A stretch of DNA of 64,000 bases from contig NC_057718.1 of the NCBI RefSeq assembly GCF_004010195.1, positions 96,704,230-96,768,229 of the forward strand. The letters run 5' to 3'. The position numbers were made by a program, and so were the translations under genes. Under the pieces are notes generated by a model that made no database searches, was not told where the DNA came from, and saw nothing but the letters and a program-made list of their open reading frames with translations. Shown here one piece after another: positions 12,213 to 23,879 of this stretch (the first letter of the stretch is position 1; each line of letters starts with the position of its first letter). The stretch comes from Chiloscyllium plagiosum. Lineage: Eukaryota.

Positions 12213-13856
12213 CTGATTTCACTCCACGGATGCTGCCGGACCTGCTGAGATTTTCCAGAAATTTCTTGTTTTGTTAAAAGTTGAGTTGAACTGTCATAGA
12301 CCTAATAATCTGCCAGTGGGTGTGCTGTTGACCTGCACAATAGAGTGGGGTCAATCTGAGTGTAAGGCAGCAGTGATGTCTCGATAGAGGGGGGAACTTG
12401 CATTGTTTAAAACCACAGGTCTCCAACCCATTATGTATCAGGCAGATACTGGTTAAAATTAGGGCCACCCCCATCCTAACATAGAGATTAGAACATTTGG
12501 AAAACACCCCAACCACAACGATGGGGATATTGCCAACTTTCTGTCCCAACCACAATGAAGGAAACACTTTTTAACTTAGTGTGATGAAATCCGAGACTGG
12601 TCTATAAAAGACAGGCTACACACAGGACGAAGAGGAAATATCATTCCTATGGCCTTGAAATCTCTGTTTATTTTGTGTGAGTTAATGCCTGCATTAAAAT
12701 AGCAGACAGATGAATATCATATGCATATGTTCAATAGCTTGCCCACTATTACTGCCAGGGGCACTTTCGAACTTTCAATCTTTTCAAGGGATATATTTGC
12801 ATGAAAATACTCAAGGGGAAATTACTCTTAAAAGTACATAATTACATTAATAAGGAATTTGACCGCAAAATGCCGTATTCCAAAAGGAAATCTCTTCCAA
12901 GATTTAAAGTTGGCCTTTGCCATCTACATCTAGCGTTACAACTCGCTTGTTGTGAAGCGATTGCATTCGGTCTGTGACAGGTATATACCTTGGGTTAGTG
13001 GTTAATTGTCTCGTTTAGCAGTGGGCAATTATAATCAGATGATGGTATGTTTGCAGACCAAACACATTTGCTCAGGTCTGTCAACAAAACCAGAGGAGGA
13101 ACTCTCAAACAGGAAATTCACAGGCAGAGCGATCTGGTGGGCAGGGCACAGCGAGATGAATCAACTGGTTGAGTGATTTTACAAACGAGAGTTCGTTTGC
13201 ACAAAGCTTTGATTCATTCAACAAGGAAAGGCCTCCTTGCAATGTCACCTCCTTTACTATTTTCACAGTCTCCAAAACTCGCAAGCCAAAAACACGTTCG
13301 GTGAATCATTACCATGGACAAGTTTCCAACCAGTGCTATTTTCAATGCTAAGTCAGCCTAGATTATTCCATTCATGACCTTATGCACTCAGGTGACTGGA
13401 CAGCAGTTTTGTACTGTTACCTCAGTGCTAACAAGCAACACCGGAGATGTTAATCATTCAGTACGTGCACTATTTTAGTGACAAATGTTAGACTAATTAA
13501 ATAAATTAATCATACTTCGCTTTTTTTTTAGATTCCACATCCTCTGGAATATTACAGATCCTTTGGCTAATCAATGGACAAACAAAATGGCCAAGGGAAT
13601 CACTGCCTTGTAGCCGTCAGTTGTTGCAAACATTGAGAGTCATCAGCCGACTGGTCGAATGTGGGCTTCAGATGGAGTATAAATGGGACTGTTTGTGCTC
13701 AGAGCAGCACTCCAAGTCAGGTTTCAAATGGCCCCATTATACTGCAGCTGGTTGTGTGACTCTGTCATCACCCTTGCACGAGATCAACATCAAACCTGGC
13801 ACACGGTTACACACAATGCCAAGTGTCTTATGAACAGAGAATGCTTTCCACCCACT

Positions 13857-15391
13857 CAGAATCATAGAATCCCGAACAGTGTGAAAACAGGCCATTTGGC
13901 CCAACAAGTCCACACTGACCCTCCAAAGAGTATCCCACCCAGAACCATCCCCCCTACTCTATTATTCCAAATTTCCCATGACGTGATTCACATGGACTTC
14001 AGTAAGGCATTCAACAAGGTTCCCCATGGGAGACTGGTTAGCAAGGTTAGATCTCATGGAATACCAGGAGAACTAGCCATTTGGATACAAAACTGGTTCA
14101 AAGGTAGAAGACAGAGGGTGGTGGTTCAGGGTTGTTTCTCAGACTGGAGGCTTGTGACCAGTGGAGTGCCACAAGGATCGATGCTGAGTCCACTGCTTTT
14201 CATCATTTATATAAATGATTTGGATGTGAACATAGGAGGTATAGTTAGTAAGTTTGCAGATGACACCAAAATTGGAGGTATCATGGACAGTGAAGAAGGT
14301 TACCTCAGATTACAACGGGATCTTGATTAGATGGGCCAATGGGCTGAGGAGAGGCAGATGGAGTTTAATTTGGATAAATGTGAGGTGCTGCATTTTGGGA
14401 AAACAAATCTTGCAGGACTTATACACTTAATGGCAAGGACCTAGGGAGTGTTGCTGAGCAAAGAGACCTTGGAGTGTAGGTTCATAGCTCCTTGAAAGTA
14501 AAGTCGCAGGTAGATAGAATAGTGAAGAAGGCATTTGGTATGCTTTTCTTTATTGGTCAGAGCATTGAGTACAGGAGTTGGGAGGTCATGTTGCAGCTGT
14601 ACAGGACATTGGTTAGGCTGCTTTTGGAATATTGCGGGCAATTCTGGTCTCCTTCCTATCGGAAGGGTATTGTTAAACTTGAAAAGATTCAGAAAAGATT
14701 TACAAGGATGTTGCCAGGGTTGAAGGGTTTGAGCTATAAAGAGAGGTTGAATAGGCTAGGGCTGTTTTCCCTGGAGTGTCGGAGGCTGAGGGGTGACCTT
14801 ATAGAGGTTTATAAAATCATGAGGGGTATGGATAGGGTAAACAGACAAGACCTTTTCCCTGGGGTGGAGGAGTCCAGAACTAGAGGGCATAGGTTTAGAG
14901 TGAGAGGGAAAAGATATAAAAAGGGCCTAACGGGCAACTTTTTCACACAGAGGGTGGTACGTGTATGGAATGAGCTACCAGAGGAAGTGGTGGAGGCTGG
15001 TACAATAACAACATTTAAAAGATATCTGGGTGGGTATATGAATAGGAAGGGTTTGGAGGGATATGAGTCAGGTGCTGGCAGGTGGGACTGGATTAGATTA
15101 GGATATCTGGTCGGTATGGACGAGTTGGACTGAAGGGTCTGTTTCTGTGCTATGCATCTCCATGATTAATTCACCTAACCTACACATCCCTGAACACAAT
15201 TTAGCATGGCCAATCCACCTAAGCTGCAAATCTTTGGACTGTGGGAGGAAACCAGAGCACCCGGAGGAAGCCCACGTAGACACGGGGAGAACGAGCAAAC
15301 TCCACACAGACAGTCGCCCGAGGCTGGGATCGAACCCGGGTCCCTTACACTTTGAGGCAGCAGTGCTAACCACTGAGCCACCGTGCCATCC
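13857..15391 (-). mobile_element. HE1 SINE split by a CR1 insertion (13857-13980 and 15165-15391)
   Basis: Tail and head halves are collinear across the CR1; ccatga at both junctions. Confidence 0.85.
13981..15164 (+). mobile_element. 5'-truncated CR1 LINE, reverse transcriptase to 3' UTR, disrupted
   Basis: MDFSKAFNKVPH, SGVPQGSMLSPLLF, FADDTK; in-frame stop near 14330 and a frameshift. Confidence 0.95.
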
Positions 15392-16577
15392 TTATTGCTG
15401 TTTACATCTGTCGGCCTGGGCTCCCGGATTGGACCAGGTCAACAGCCCCAATCCGGGAACTCATATTCTATAATATTTACCTGGCTGATATCATTCCAAT
15501 CCCTACAATGATGACGCAGGGTGTCGCATGTTCCTTTGTAACTCACTGAAGTACTTTTAAAGTATAGTCTCCACCAGAACGTAGGAAATCCAAGAATTGA
15601 TTTATGTCCAGCAAGTTCCTACACATAGCAATGTGATCATGACATTCTGAAAGAGAGATGGTTGCTGCTTGAGTACAGAACTGTGTGTTAGATCCGTGTG
15701 GAAATCACAATGTCGCTGACTCCACTGGATGCGCTCAGGAGATTGAAAATTCCAATGGACCATTACCCAATGTCTAGAAAACACTGACAAGATTCCCAAT
15801 GCTTGGTTAGATTCACAGGTTTTGGAGGATTCCATCTGTCGTACTTTAATGGTTAGTAGAAAGTAATACCTGCTCTAAATCCTGGCTGTCTATCAAACTG
15901 ACCCCGCGCCCACTGCCCGGGTCACCAGTGAACTCCAATCCCCGACTATCCTGTCTGCCTGGCAACCGCGGGAATCAAACATTCTCCCCAGCCTCTCCCG
16001 AGCACCCATCGAAACCAACATCGCCACTCCCAACCTGTTCCAAATCCATCTCCTCCTGAATCCCCATAACCCCTTCCCCAAGTGTGCAAGCCCCGACAGA
16101 CCCCCAATCATGCTCCCCACCTATTATAAAAGCTCACCTGTGTCTCTGTTCTTTACTTCCACCCACTTGGCATTGTACCCCTCATTTACCTGGCACCCCA
16201 CCCCCTCATCCAATCAGCACAGTGGAAAAAGAGGCATGGTTTCTGTGCCAACCCTGCCCACCATTGCCCACACAGGTTCTTGGTACATTGCTTTAATTGG
16301 GAAGGTTCCTGGCCCCGAAGTTTAGCCGGAAAACTCCTCCAAAGGTACGTGAGTGATGTCTAGTCTGATCTGAGTTGGAGAGAGGGATTCCAATTTGAAG
16401 CTGAAGTTTTGGGCTATTATTTCTTAAATGTAGGCTCAAACAGCGAAATAAACTCCTCCTCTATTCAACAAAGTAGTACTGTAGGATTTTTTTTAACATC
16501 CAACTGAGAGGGAAGGCAGCGGCTTTATTGAACACCTCTCCTGTAGTGCACCTCCAACAATGCGGCACAATGGCTGG

Positions 16578-16912
16578 AGTGGCACGGTGCTTCAGTGGTT
16601 AGCACTGCTGCCTCACAGCGCCAGGGACCTAGGTTCAATTCCAGCCTCGGGTGATTGTTGTGTTTGTACATTCTCCCCTGTGTCTGCGTGGGTTTACTCC
16701 AGGTGCTCTGGTTTCCTCCCATAGTCCTAAGATGTGCAGGTTAGGTGGAGTGGCCTTGCTAACTTACCCGTAGTTTTCAGGGATGTGTAGGTTTGGTGTA
16801 TTAATCAGGAGTAAATTGAGAGTAATGGGTTTGGGTGGAATACTCTTCAGAGGGTCAGTGTGGACTTGTTGGGCTGAAGGGCCTGTTCCCACACTGCAGG
16901 GATTCTAAGAAT
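16578..16912 (+). mobile_element. HE1-type V-SINE
   Basis: Head, V-domain and tail. Confidence 0.9.
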
Positions 16913-18154
16913 GCAGCCCTCCCTCAGTGATGCACCATACTCGAATTCAATGTAGGATGAGAAAGGTGGAGACATCAAAGCTGTGCAATGCTCTTCATAT
17001 CATTTTTATAGGTATATATAAAAAATGTTTTATGTATGTATTATCACGAACACTGAATTAACCACATGGACAAACACAAAGTGGAGAACCATGGGTCCAT
17101 AATGTGTGATAAACATTTTGTGAAGTTATCTCAGTAAATCCACCTAATTGATTTGGCCCCAGTACACTGCCCTCAATCTATGCTGATCACAAAGACATCT
17201 GACAACAATTGCCTTATGTAAAACAGAAGTAACTATTTATTACTGACGAAAAGTACTCTGCAAAATTCCGGGAATGACAGCGAGACTAACTTGAAACCAT
17301 GAACTATTACCCGAAAATCCTCCTGTATCCCGGAGCCAGCATTTAAATCTGACAGGCAAGGCAAAAGGTGAGTAGTGGAGGTTAGTTATTATGTCAAAGA
17401 TAAAAAGAGAGTAGGGTAGTAAGCCAGAGGACTCAGAGTATTTGAATCTCAGGCAGTTCCATCCTCCAACTGTGCTAAATCCCTCTGAGCTGCTCAGTTT
17501 GGTGATGAGAGTTGGAAGCTTTGAAAGAGTTACTGAGTTGGGTTGGGTCCTTCTTCCAGGTGTGGTATCCTTCCAATTGGACACTCAAAATATGGCTTCT
17601 CCCTGAAAACGTTTTTCCACTTCAACCTTTGCCGCTCCAGTCACAGTTATCTGTTCTCCTGCTTCTGGCAGTGCCCCCCTGGTGTGTCTCCTGTCCTGGG
17701 GCTGTGGTTTCTCAGAGCTCACTGCTCAGGCCCAGCTGCCGACTTCTCACAGAGGGCTGGAGGGTTTGCCTTCACATCTCTGGCCGGTGGACAATCCCAG
17801 TCCATATTGATTCTTGCTGTGTCCGAGATGAATTCCCCAGCGTGGGGTGTGGGGGAACCGGATTGAATCCTGAACCTGATACAGAAACGGATCAATTTTC
17901 AAAAGTAACACTCAAACTTAATTATAGAAGGAAAGGTAAGGTAATAATAATATTTAACATCAGGACAAAATATGCTGGAAACACTGAGTAAGCCAGGCAG
18001 CATCTGTAGAGGGAATGATCAAGTTAATGTTACAGGTTAATGTTTTTCTCATTTGAGCCTCTCCACCCTTTCCAACATTTTCTGTTTTAATGTCAGAATT
18101 ACAACACCCACAGTATTTTATTTCGTACTTGTTCATCTGTTGTTGAATCCTTGT

Positions 18155-18468
18155 AAATCATACAATGTGGAAGCAGGCCATTCAGCCCATCAAGTCCACG
18201 CCAACTGTCTGAAGAGCCTCCCACCCAGACTGCTACCCGATCCCTGCATTTCCCATGGCTACCCCACCTAGCCTGCACATCCCTGGAGACTATGGGGAAT
18301 ATAGTCTGGCCAATCCACCCTAACCTGCACATGTTTGGACTATGGGAGGAAACTGGAGCACCCGGAGGAAACCCCATGCAGATATGGGGAGTCTCCCGAG
18401 GGTGGGATCGAACCAGGGTTCCTGGCGCTGTGAGGCAGCAGTGCCAACCACTGAGCCACCGTGCCATC
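18155..18468 (-). mobile_element. HE1-type V-SINE
   Basis: Head, V-domain and tail. Confidence 0.88.
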
Positions 18469-18489
18469 CAATCATCTGAAATATACTCA

Positions 18490-18780
18490 GAACCATGTTC
18501 TTCTCCATCTCTGCCACTCCCTCTCGTCACACAATTCACCGAGATCTCCGTGTTTCTCTAATTCTGGCCTGGTACACATCTCTGATTATCTTCACTCCAT
18601 CATTGGCAGCCGAGCTCCTAGGTGTCTTTGCTCTAAATTCTGGAATTCACACCCTAACCACCTGCATTCTCTCCTTCTTCAAGACACTCCTTATAATCTA
18701 TCCTTTTGATGCCAAACCTTGCTTAGTAATGCTTCTGTGAGCCACCTTGGTGTTAAAGGTGCTATATAAATGCAGTTCAT
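18490..18780 (+). mobile_element. Old L2-like LINE 3' end
   Basis: IGSRAPRCLCSKFWNSHP, FFKTLLIIYPFD and tail ggtgctatataaatgcag. Confidence 0.6.
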
Positions 18781-18884
18781 TGTTTTGGTTCTCAGAATCA
18801 CAAACAAACCTTGCAATGGCATGGGATAGGTCTGATCATTAAGCACATTTATGAAAAGCTTTCCTTTTCAGTTATCCTTGTATG

Positions 18885-19108
18885 AAAGTTGAAACTTTAT
18901 TGCTGGAACAGCACAGCAGGTCAGGCAGCATCCAGGGAACAGGAGATTCGACGTTTCGGGCACAGGCCCTTCTTCAGGAATTCCTGAAGAAGGGCCTGTG
19001 CCCGAAACGTCGAATCTCCTGTTCCCTGGATGCTGCCTGACCTGCTGTGCTGTTCCAGCAATAAAGTTTCAACTTTGATCTCCAGCATCTGCAGACCTCA
19101 CTTTCTCC
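18885..19108. mobile_element. Perfect fold-back PLE-terminus element, family 1
   Basis: Exact 96-bp arms 18885-18980 / 18981-19076 with no spacer, ~30-bp one-sided tail; 14-bp direct repeat tccttgtatgaaag at 18875-18888 and 19106-19119. Confidence 0.95.
18980..19015 (+). ncRNA. Intact minimal type-I hammerhead ribozyme motif (mirror copy on minus strand 18946-18981)
   Basis: attc CTGAAGA a GGGC ctgt GCCC GAAA cg TC gaat; 4-bp stem I, 4-bp stem II, predicted cleavage after GUC at 19011. Confidence 0.8.
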
Positions 19109-19647
19109 TTGTATGAAAGACATGCATGAAACCATCAGGACCTGATGCTATCCTGTGAGACTAATTGAAAATGCAGAATCTAAAACATTTTGAATAAAAT
19201 TCAGCAAAGATTCAAACAGAGACTTGCAACTGCACACAGATATTGAACTCTGAGAACTGGAGAAAGTCCACATTTTTTAACCTTGGAGGGAGTCAGCATA
19301 AACCTGATGGTACAAGTAGTTATCACCTGTGCTTCTGATTCTGAATACTTTAAAGCCGATTGAAAAACAGTTAAAACTGACCAACATCCAGTTGCCACGT
19401 AAATCATCCGCCTCGTCCACTTCTCCCCAATGTATCCAGCACATATGTTACACATGAAAATATTTGAGAAGGGTTACAATTGTGGGAGTTCTCACTGTGA
19501 CATTTTGGGGGCACCCCTGCCTCTGAGATGGAAATGCTGGGTTTGAGTCTGTTGTGAAAATGTTAATGCTGGAGAATGTATTAGCTCCACCCAGTCTAGA
19601 AATATGAAAAGGACTTGAGTAGTGAAAGACAACATATCGTTGGGCCT

Positions 19648-19802
19648 TGGAGAAAGTGAGGACTGCAGATGCTGGAGATCAGAGTCGAGGATTGTTGTGC
19701 TGGAAAAGCGCAGCAAGTCAGGCAGCAAGAGAATCAAGGTTCATCAGGTTCTGACAAAGGGCTTATGCCCAAAACCTTGATTCTCCTGCCATTCAGATGC
19801 TG
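19648..19802. mobile_element. Decayed family-1 fold-back element
   Basis: ggagaaagtgaggactgcagatgctgg tail and ctgacaaagggcttatgcccaaaacc decayed core. Confidence 0.7.
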
Positions 19803-20083
19803 TACATATCGTTGGATCTTGTCAAATAAGGCTCCATATCCACAGATGCCCCAATAGTCCTAGTGACACTGTCCAACTTACTAATATAAGTTGTACCTGA
19901 CTGTATTGCTCTCTTGTAATAAACTACTCCTTTCTTCAGACACAAACTTCTTTCGTTAAGACTCACCTATAGCTTCTCTCTGCCACCAAGTAGGTCCTTA
20001 GGTCAGATCAAAGGAAGGTGATGACGACAACAAACTACCCCAGACATAAGCTGGGAGTAGTTGGCAATGCAAAAACGTGCAAC

Positions 20084-20338
20084 AGATTCCCACTCCTGGA
20101 CTTGACAGATTCCCACTCGTGGACTTGAGAGATTCGCACTCTGGGACTTGAGAGACTCCCACTATGGGACTTGACAGATTCCCACTCCTGGACTTGATAG
20201 ATTTCCACTCCTGGACTTCATAGATTCCCACTCCTGGACTTCATAGATTCCCACTCCTGGACTTGACAGATTCCTACTCCTGGACTTGAGAGATTCCCAC
20301 TCCGGGACTTGACAGATTCCCACTCTGGGACTTGATAG
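20084..20338. repeat. 23-bp minisatellite, 11 copies
   Basis: Consensus agattcccactcctggacttgac, exact 23-bp period from 20084 to 20336, no spacers. Confidence 0.95.
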
Positions 20339-20509
20339 CTAAGGAATGTGTTTTCACAAAGTGGCCAAAGAGATTGAGTATCAACCTGCAAATGGCCCCA
20401 ACACACACACCAATAATACATAGTAGAAACAGAAGAGAGTCTCTTTCAGCCACGTGATGGAAAGGGCATTTGGCACATTATCCACTACACAGAGTACAAC
20501 AGGTAAAAA

Positions 20510-20725
20510 GTACAAACACTGTGGATGTTGGGAATCTGAAACAGACACAGAGAATGCTGGAGAAACTCAGCAGCTCTGGCAACATATGTGGGGAGAGAAA
20601 TAGAATTAATGTTTTGACTCCGGTATGACCGTTCTGTCAGGCTTGAAATGTTAGTCTGTTTCTCTCTCCTCACATGCTGCCAGACCTGCTGAGTTCTTCC
20701 AGCAATTTCTTCTGTTTGTTTTATT
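20510..20725. mobile_element. Older fold-back PLE-terminus element (family 3-like)
   Basis: tgctggagaaactcagcagctctggca ... tgccagacctgctgagttcttccagca inverted arms. Confidence 0.75.
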
Positions 20726-20989
20726 TAAGAAATACATGTTGCCACAGTAGCCTGGACTCCCTGAGTGAACTGTAATGCACTGCCTCTGTACTGAATAGCA
20801 AATATCACACAAAAGTTCTTCTGGAATAACAGTATAAAACAGATGTGAGCAAGAAACAGACTGAAAGCTAATCAAGTGGTTTGTGAATGTCATTTTGAAC
20901 AAACATTCACTCTTTAATCTGACTCACAGGCACCTGTTTGTGAGTCAAGTTAAAAATACAAGATCGAAGTCAAATTTCTTAAATTGTGG

Positions 20990-21290
20990 GTTAGTCCAAA
21001 ACTAACAGTCTTAAATATGAGATAGTCACTAATACATCCAATAAGGACTTCAGGAATACCTTCTTTCCCCACAGACTGGTGAGAATGTGGAAGTCGTTAC
21101 CACAAAGACTAGTTTGTGAATAGCATTGATGTATTTAGGGGAAGTTAGAAACGCAGCTGAGAGAGAAATGAATTGAAACATGTACTGATGGGTGAGATGA
21201 AGAGGAATCGGAGGAAGCTGGAGAGAAGCACGAAAGCCGGCATAGGTAAGTGGGGCTGAATGGCCTTATTTATGTTCTGTAAAGTTTATT
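20990..21290 (+). mobile_element. Old CR1 3' fragment
   Basis: ttctttcccacagactggtgagaatgtgg and gggctgaatggcct UTR. Confidence 0.6.
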
Positions 21291-21497
21291 GGTGAAATTT
21301 AGTAAGTAGCACGTAGGTCCTGTTCTGCCTCATTGGGGCAGCATACTGAAAATCACACCTTGCTGTTCCCAGAGTCATCAGAAAAGTTAATTCCCCAAGT
21401 TACCTGACTTTCAGATCCATGTTGACAGAAATCACAGACCGCATTTCCATGTTTAATGAGACTAACTAATTAATACAAATTAATAGATTCTCCTCTC

Positions 21498-21825
21498 AGA
21501 ATCATAGAATCCTATAGAGTGTGGAATTACACCCTTCGGCCCAACAAGTCCACACCGACCCTATGAAGAGTAACCCAATCACACCAATTCCAATACTCCA
21601 CATTTCCCCTGGCAAGTGCACCTAACCTACCCATCCTTGAAAACTGTGGGCAATTTTAGCATGGCCAATCCACCTAACCTGCACATCTTTGGATTGTGAG
21701 AGGAAACCAGAGGAAACCCCACGCAGACACAGGGAGAATGTGCAAACTCCACACAGTCACCTGAGACTGGATTCTAACCTGGGCCCTGGCGCTGTGACAC
21801 AGCAGTGCTAACCACTGAGCCACCC
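21498..21825 (-). mobile_element. HE1-type V-SINE
   Basis: Head, V-domain and tail. Confidence 0.9.
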
Positions 21826-22087
21826 CTACAGGTAAACAATTATGAATCATTGGTAGACAACTAAAACTCTAACCACCTTATAATCTCCCCTCTTTATGCA
21901 TGTAAATACAGAGAGACATAGGCAAGAATAAATAAAGCATGGGTACTGTGGAAGGAGGGGAAAGAGTAAGAAGGCAGTTCATAAGCTTTGCAGAGATGGT
22001 TCTTGTGATGATCAGGCCATCTCAATCTTCCTTCTCCAGATGCTTCTACTTGTCTACAGAAGGCGCAGAATGATTAGTTCACACTTA

Positions 22088-22296
22088 TTGATGATGTGGA
22101 CGTGCCAGTATTGGATTGATGTGGACAAAGTCAGAACACACATGACACCAAGCTATAGTCCAACAGGTTTATTTGAAATCACAAGCTTTCAGAGCACTGC
22201 TCCTTCCCCCAACAAAGGAGCAGCACTCCAAAAACTTGTGGTTTCAAATAAACCTGTTGGACCTCAACCTAGTGTAGTGTGACTTCTGACTTTGTC
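22088..22296. mobile_element. Fold-back PLE-terminus element, family 2
   Basis: ggacaaagtcagaa...ttctgactttgtcc arms; cacactta repeated at 22080-22087 and 22297-22304. Confidence 0.85.
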
Positions 22297-22834
22297 CACA
22301 CTTAAAAAGGTCTCCAACTTGTTAATTAAAAGTCAGTGCTTACAACTACTGCTGAAGTTTTAACAAGATGGTTTTCTTCAAGTGATTCAGAGCTACAGAT
22401 CAGCTGGATTACTTAACTGAAGTTGGGAGAAAAAAATAATAACATTATGTACACTTGTAATATTTGAAGGCTTTTAAGAGTTTAACTTCACAGTCTCCCT
22501 TCAGTTTTTATTTCCTTAACTAATTTCTGAGTTGCACTGGGCTTTATGGATATGTTTTAAACAGTACAATACTACTCCAGGTTGAATTTTAACAAACAGG
22601 AGAGTGCTGGTTTGCAAGAGGTATGGATAAAAGGATAGGAATTGTCAGTAAGTCAGGGAGAGAGCAGAAAGAAAAGTAAGTCAGGCACCAATGAAGGTTA
22701 TCCACTTATCACTGCTGTGAAGTGGTTTACCCGTGAGTAGTTTTGGGATTTTGGAATTCCCCTTTTGCAATCAGTTCACCCTCGAACACTGGGCTAATAC
22801 TGGAGAAAGATCAGCTAGGTATGGCATCATGTAA

Positions 22835-23030
22835 CAAGAGTCGACCCTGACTGAGTGTTGCAGACTGACACATTCTGAAGACCAGGACTATGTGCTGGGG
22901 GACACACTAAAGCCTGAGGCAGCTGCTACTAAGGCCCAGTGGGGAAAGACCACCGTCTGAAGTTTTCCTGCCAAAGGTAAACAAGGGTCCATTCAATTAT
23001 CAGACCCTTCTGGTACCTCAAATATAGTCT
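22835..23030 (+). mobile_element. Tx1/L1-clade LINE 3' end
   Basis: TLTECCRLTHSEDQDYVLGDTLKPEAAATKAQWGKTTV*. Confidence 0.7.
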
Positions 23031-23879
23031 TGCATGTGAAAGAGATGGTCTTTAGTTTGTTGGATAGAGTCAAAGTCCAAGGTTTGTTTGTTTCTTTGAT
23101 ATGCTATTGCACAGAACCAAACTGCAGAGCAGACTTGATGAGCTAAATGGCCTACATTTTCTGCTGTGTCTTAATATGTTGAGTGGCTGATGCTCGGCTT
23201 ACAGTTGAGGGGAACTTTGGAACCATTGCCTAAAGGAGCAATGCAGCAAGTTGCCAAAGCTAACCCCATCAATAACCATGACCACAAGAGGTTCCTCCAG
23301 CTGGACAACATGTCTCCCTTTCCACCGTCAAAAGCCATCTCTTCCTGGACAATGAAGGAGCGATTTGAACAGCCTCTCACCTTAGAGAACCTGGCCTAGC
23401 CAGCATTGGTCTGCTCAGGGATAGCAAGATGGTCTGAGGGTACATGACCTTCATCATGCCTGGTGACTTACTCCTCAAAGTTCAATCTCAGTTGTTTGAA
23501 CAGTGAACTCTAACACTCGCTAAATAAAGGAATTACATTTATATTGTGCGTTTCGCAACCTCAGGACATCCCAACGTGCTTTAAATATTGTTCAAGTGTC
23601 TTCACTGGTCTAATCTAAGACAGTCACTCATGTTGAATATTGCAAACATTCTATGAAATTTCACCCTGAGCTACAATGCTGGAACAGAGTTATTTAAACA
23701 TTTAGAAATTTATTGTTACTTGTATTTGTGAAAATACAGTAAAATGTGTATAAGATGCCACAAAAACAGCGCCATTTAATTGCACAAAGTATACATAATA
23801 AAAAAAGAGTAAGTATCTCCAAATGCCAATCCCTAAACAAATCTGCTGAGTAGATTATGAAGCCACTGTTTAAATTCAA

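Larger units (their letters stand above)
10786..12273 (+). mobile_element. Decayed Penelope-like element (GIY-YIG end) with terminal repeats
   Basis: ORF 11359-11865 HGTFPCNCRSSNTC...VYCIGCSQCGLL...LIFHLGTRQPSGINIEF; hammerhead-bearing termini at 10786-10920 and 12174-12273. Confidence 0.85.

Noticed and set aside
13683..15133. Intact reverse transcriptase gene
   Set aside because: 5'-truncated CR1 with a stop and frameshift; the ORF start lies in unrelated flank and SINE sequence.
18885..19076. Classical DNA-transposon MITE or microRNA gene
   Set aside because: Arms match PLE termini elsewhere in the window, TSD length varies among relatives, and there is a one-sided tail.
20084..20338. 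CRISPR-like array
   Set aside because: Units abut directly with no unique spacers, there are no cas genes, and the context is vertebrate.
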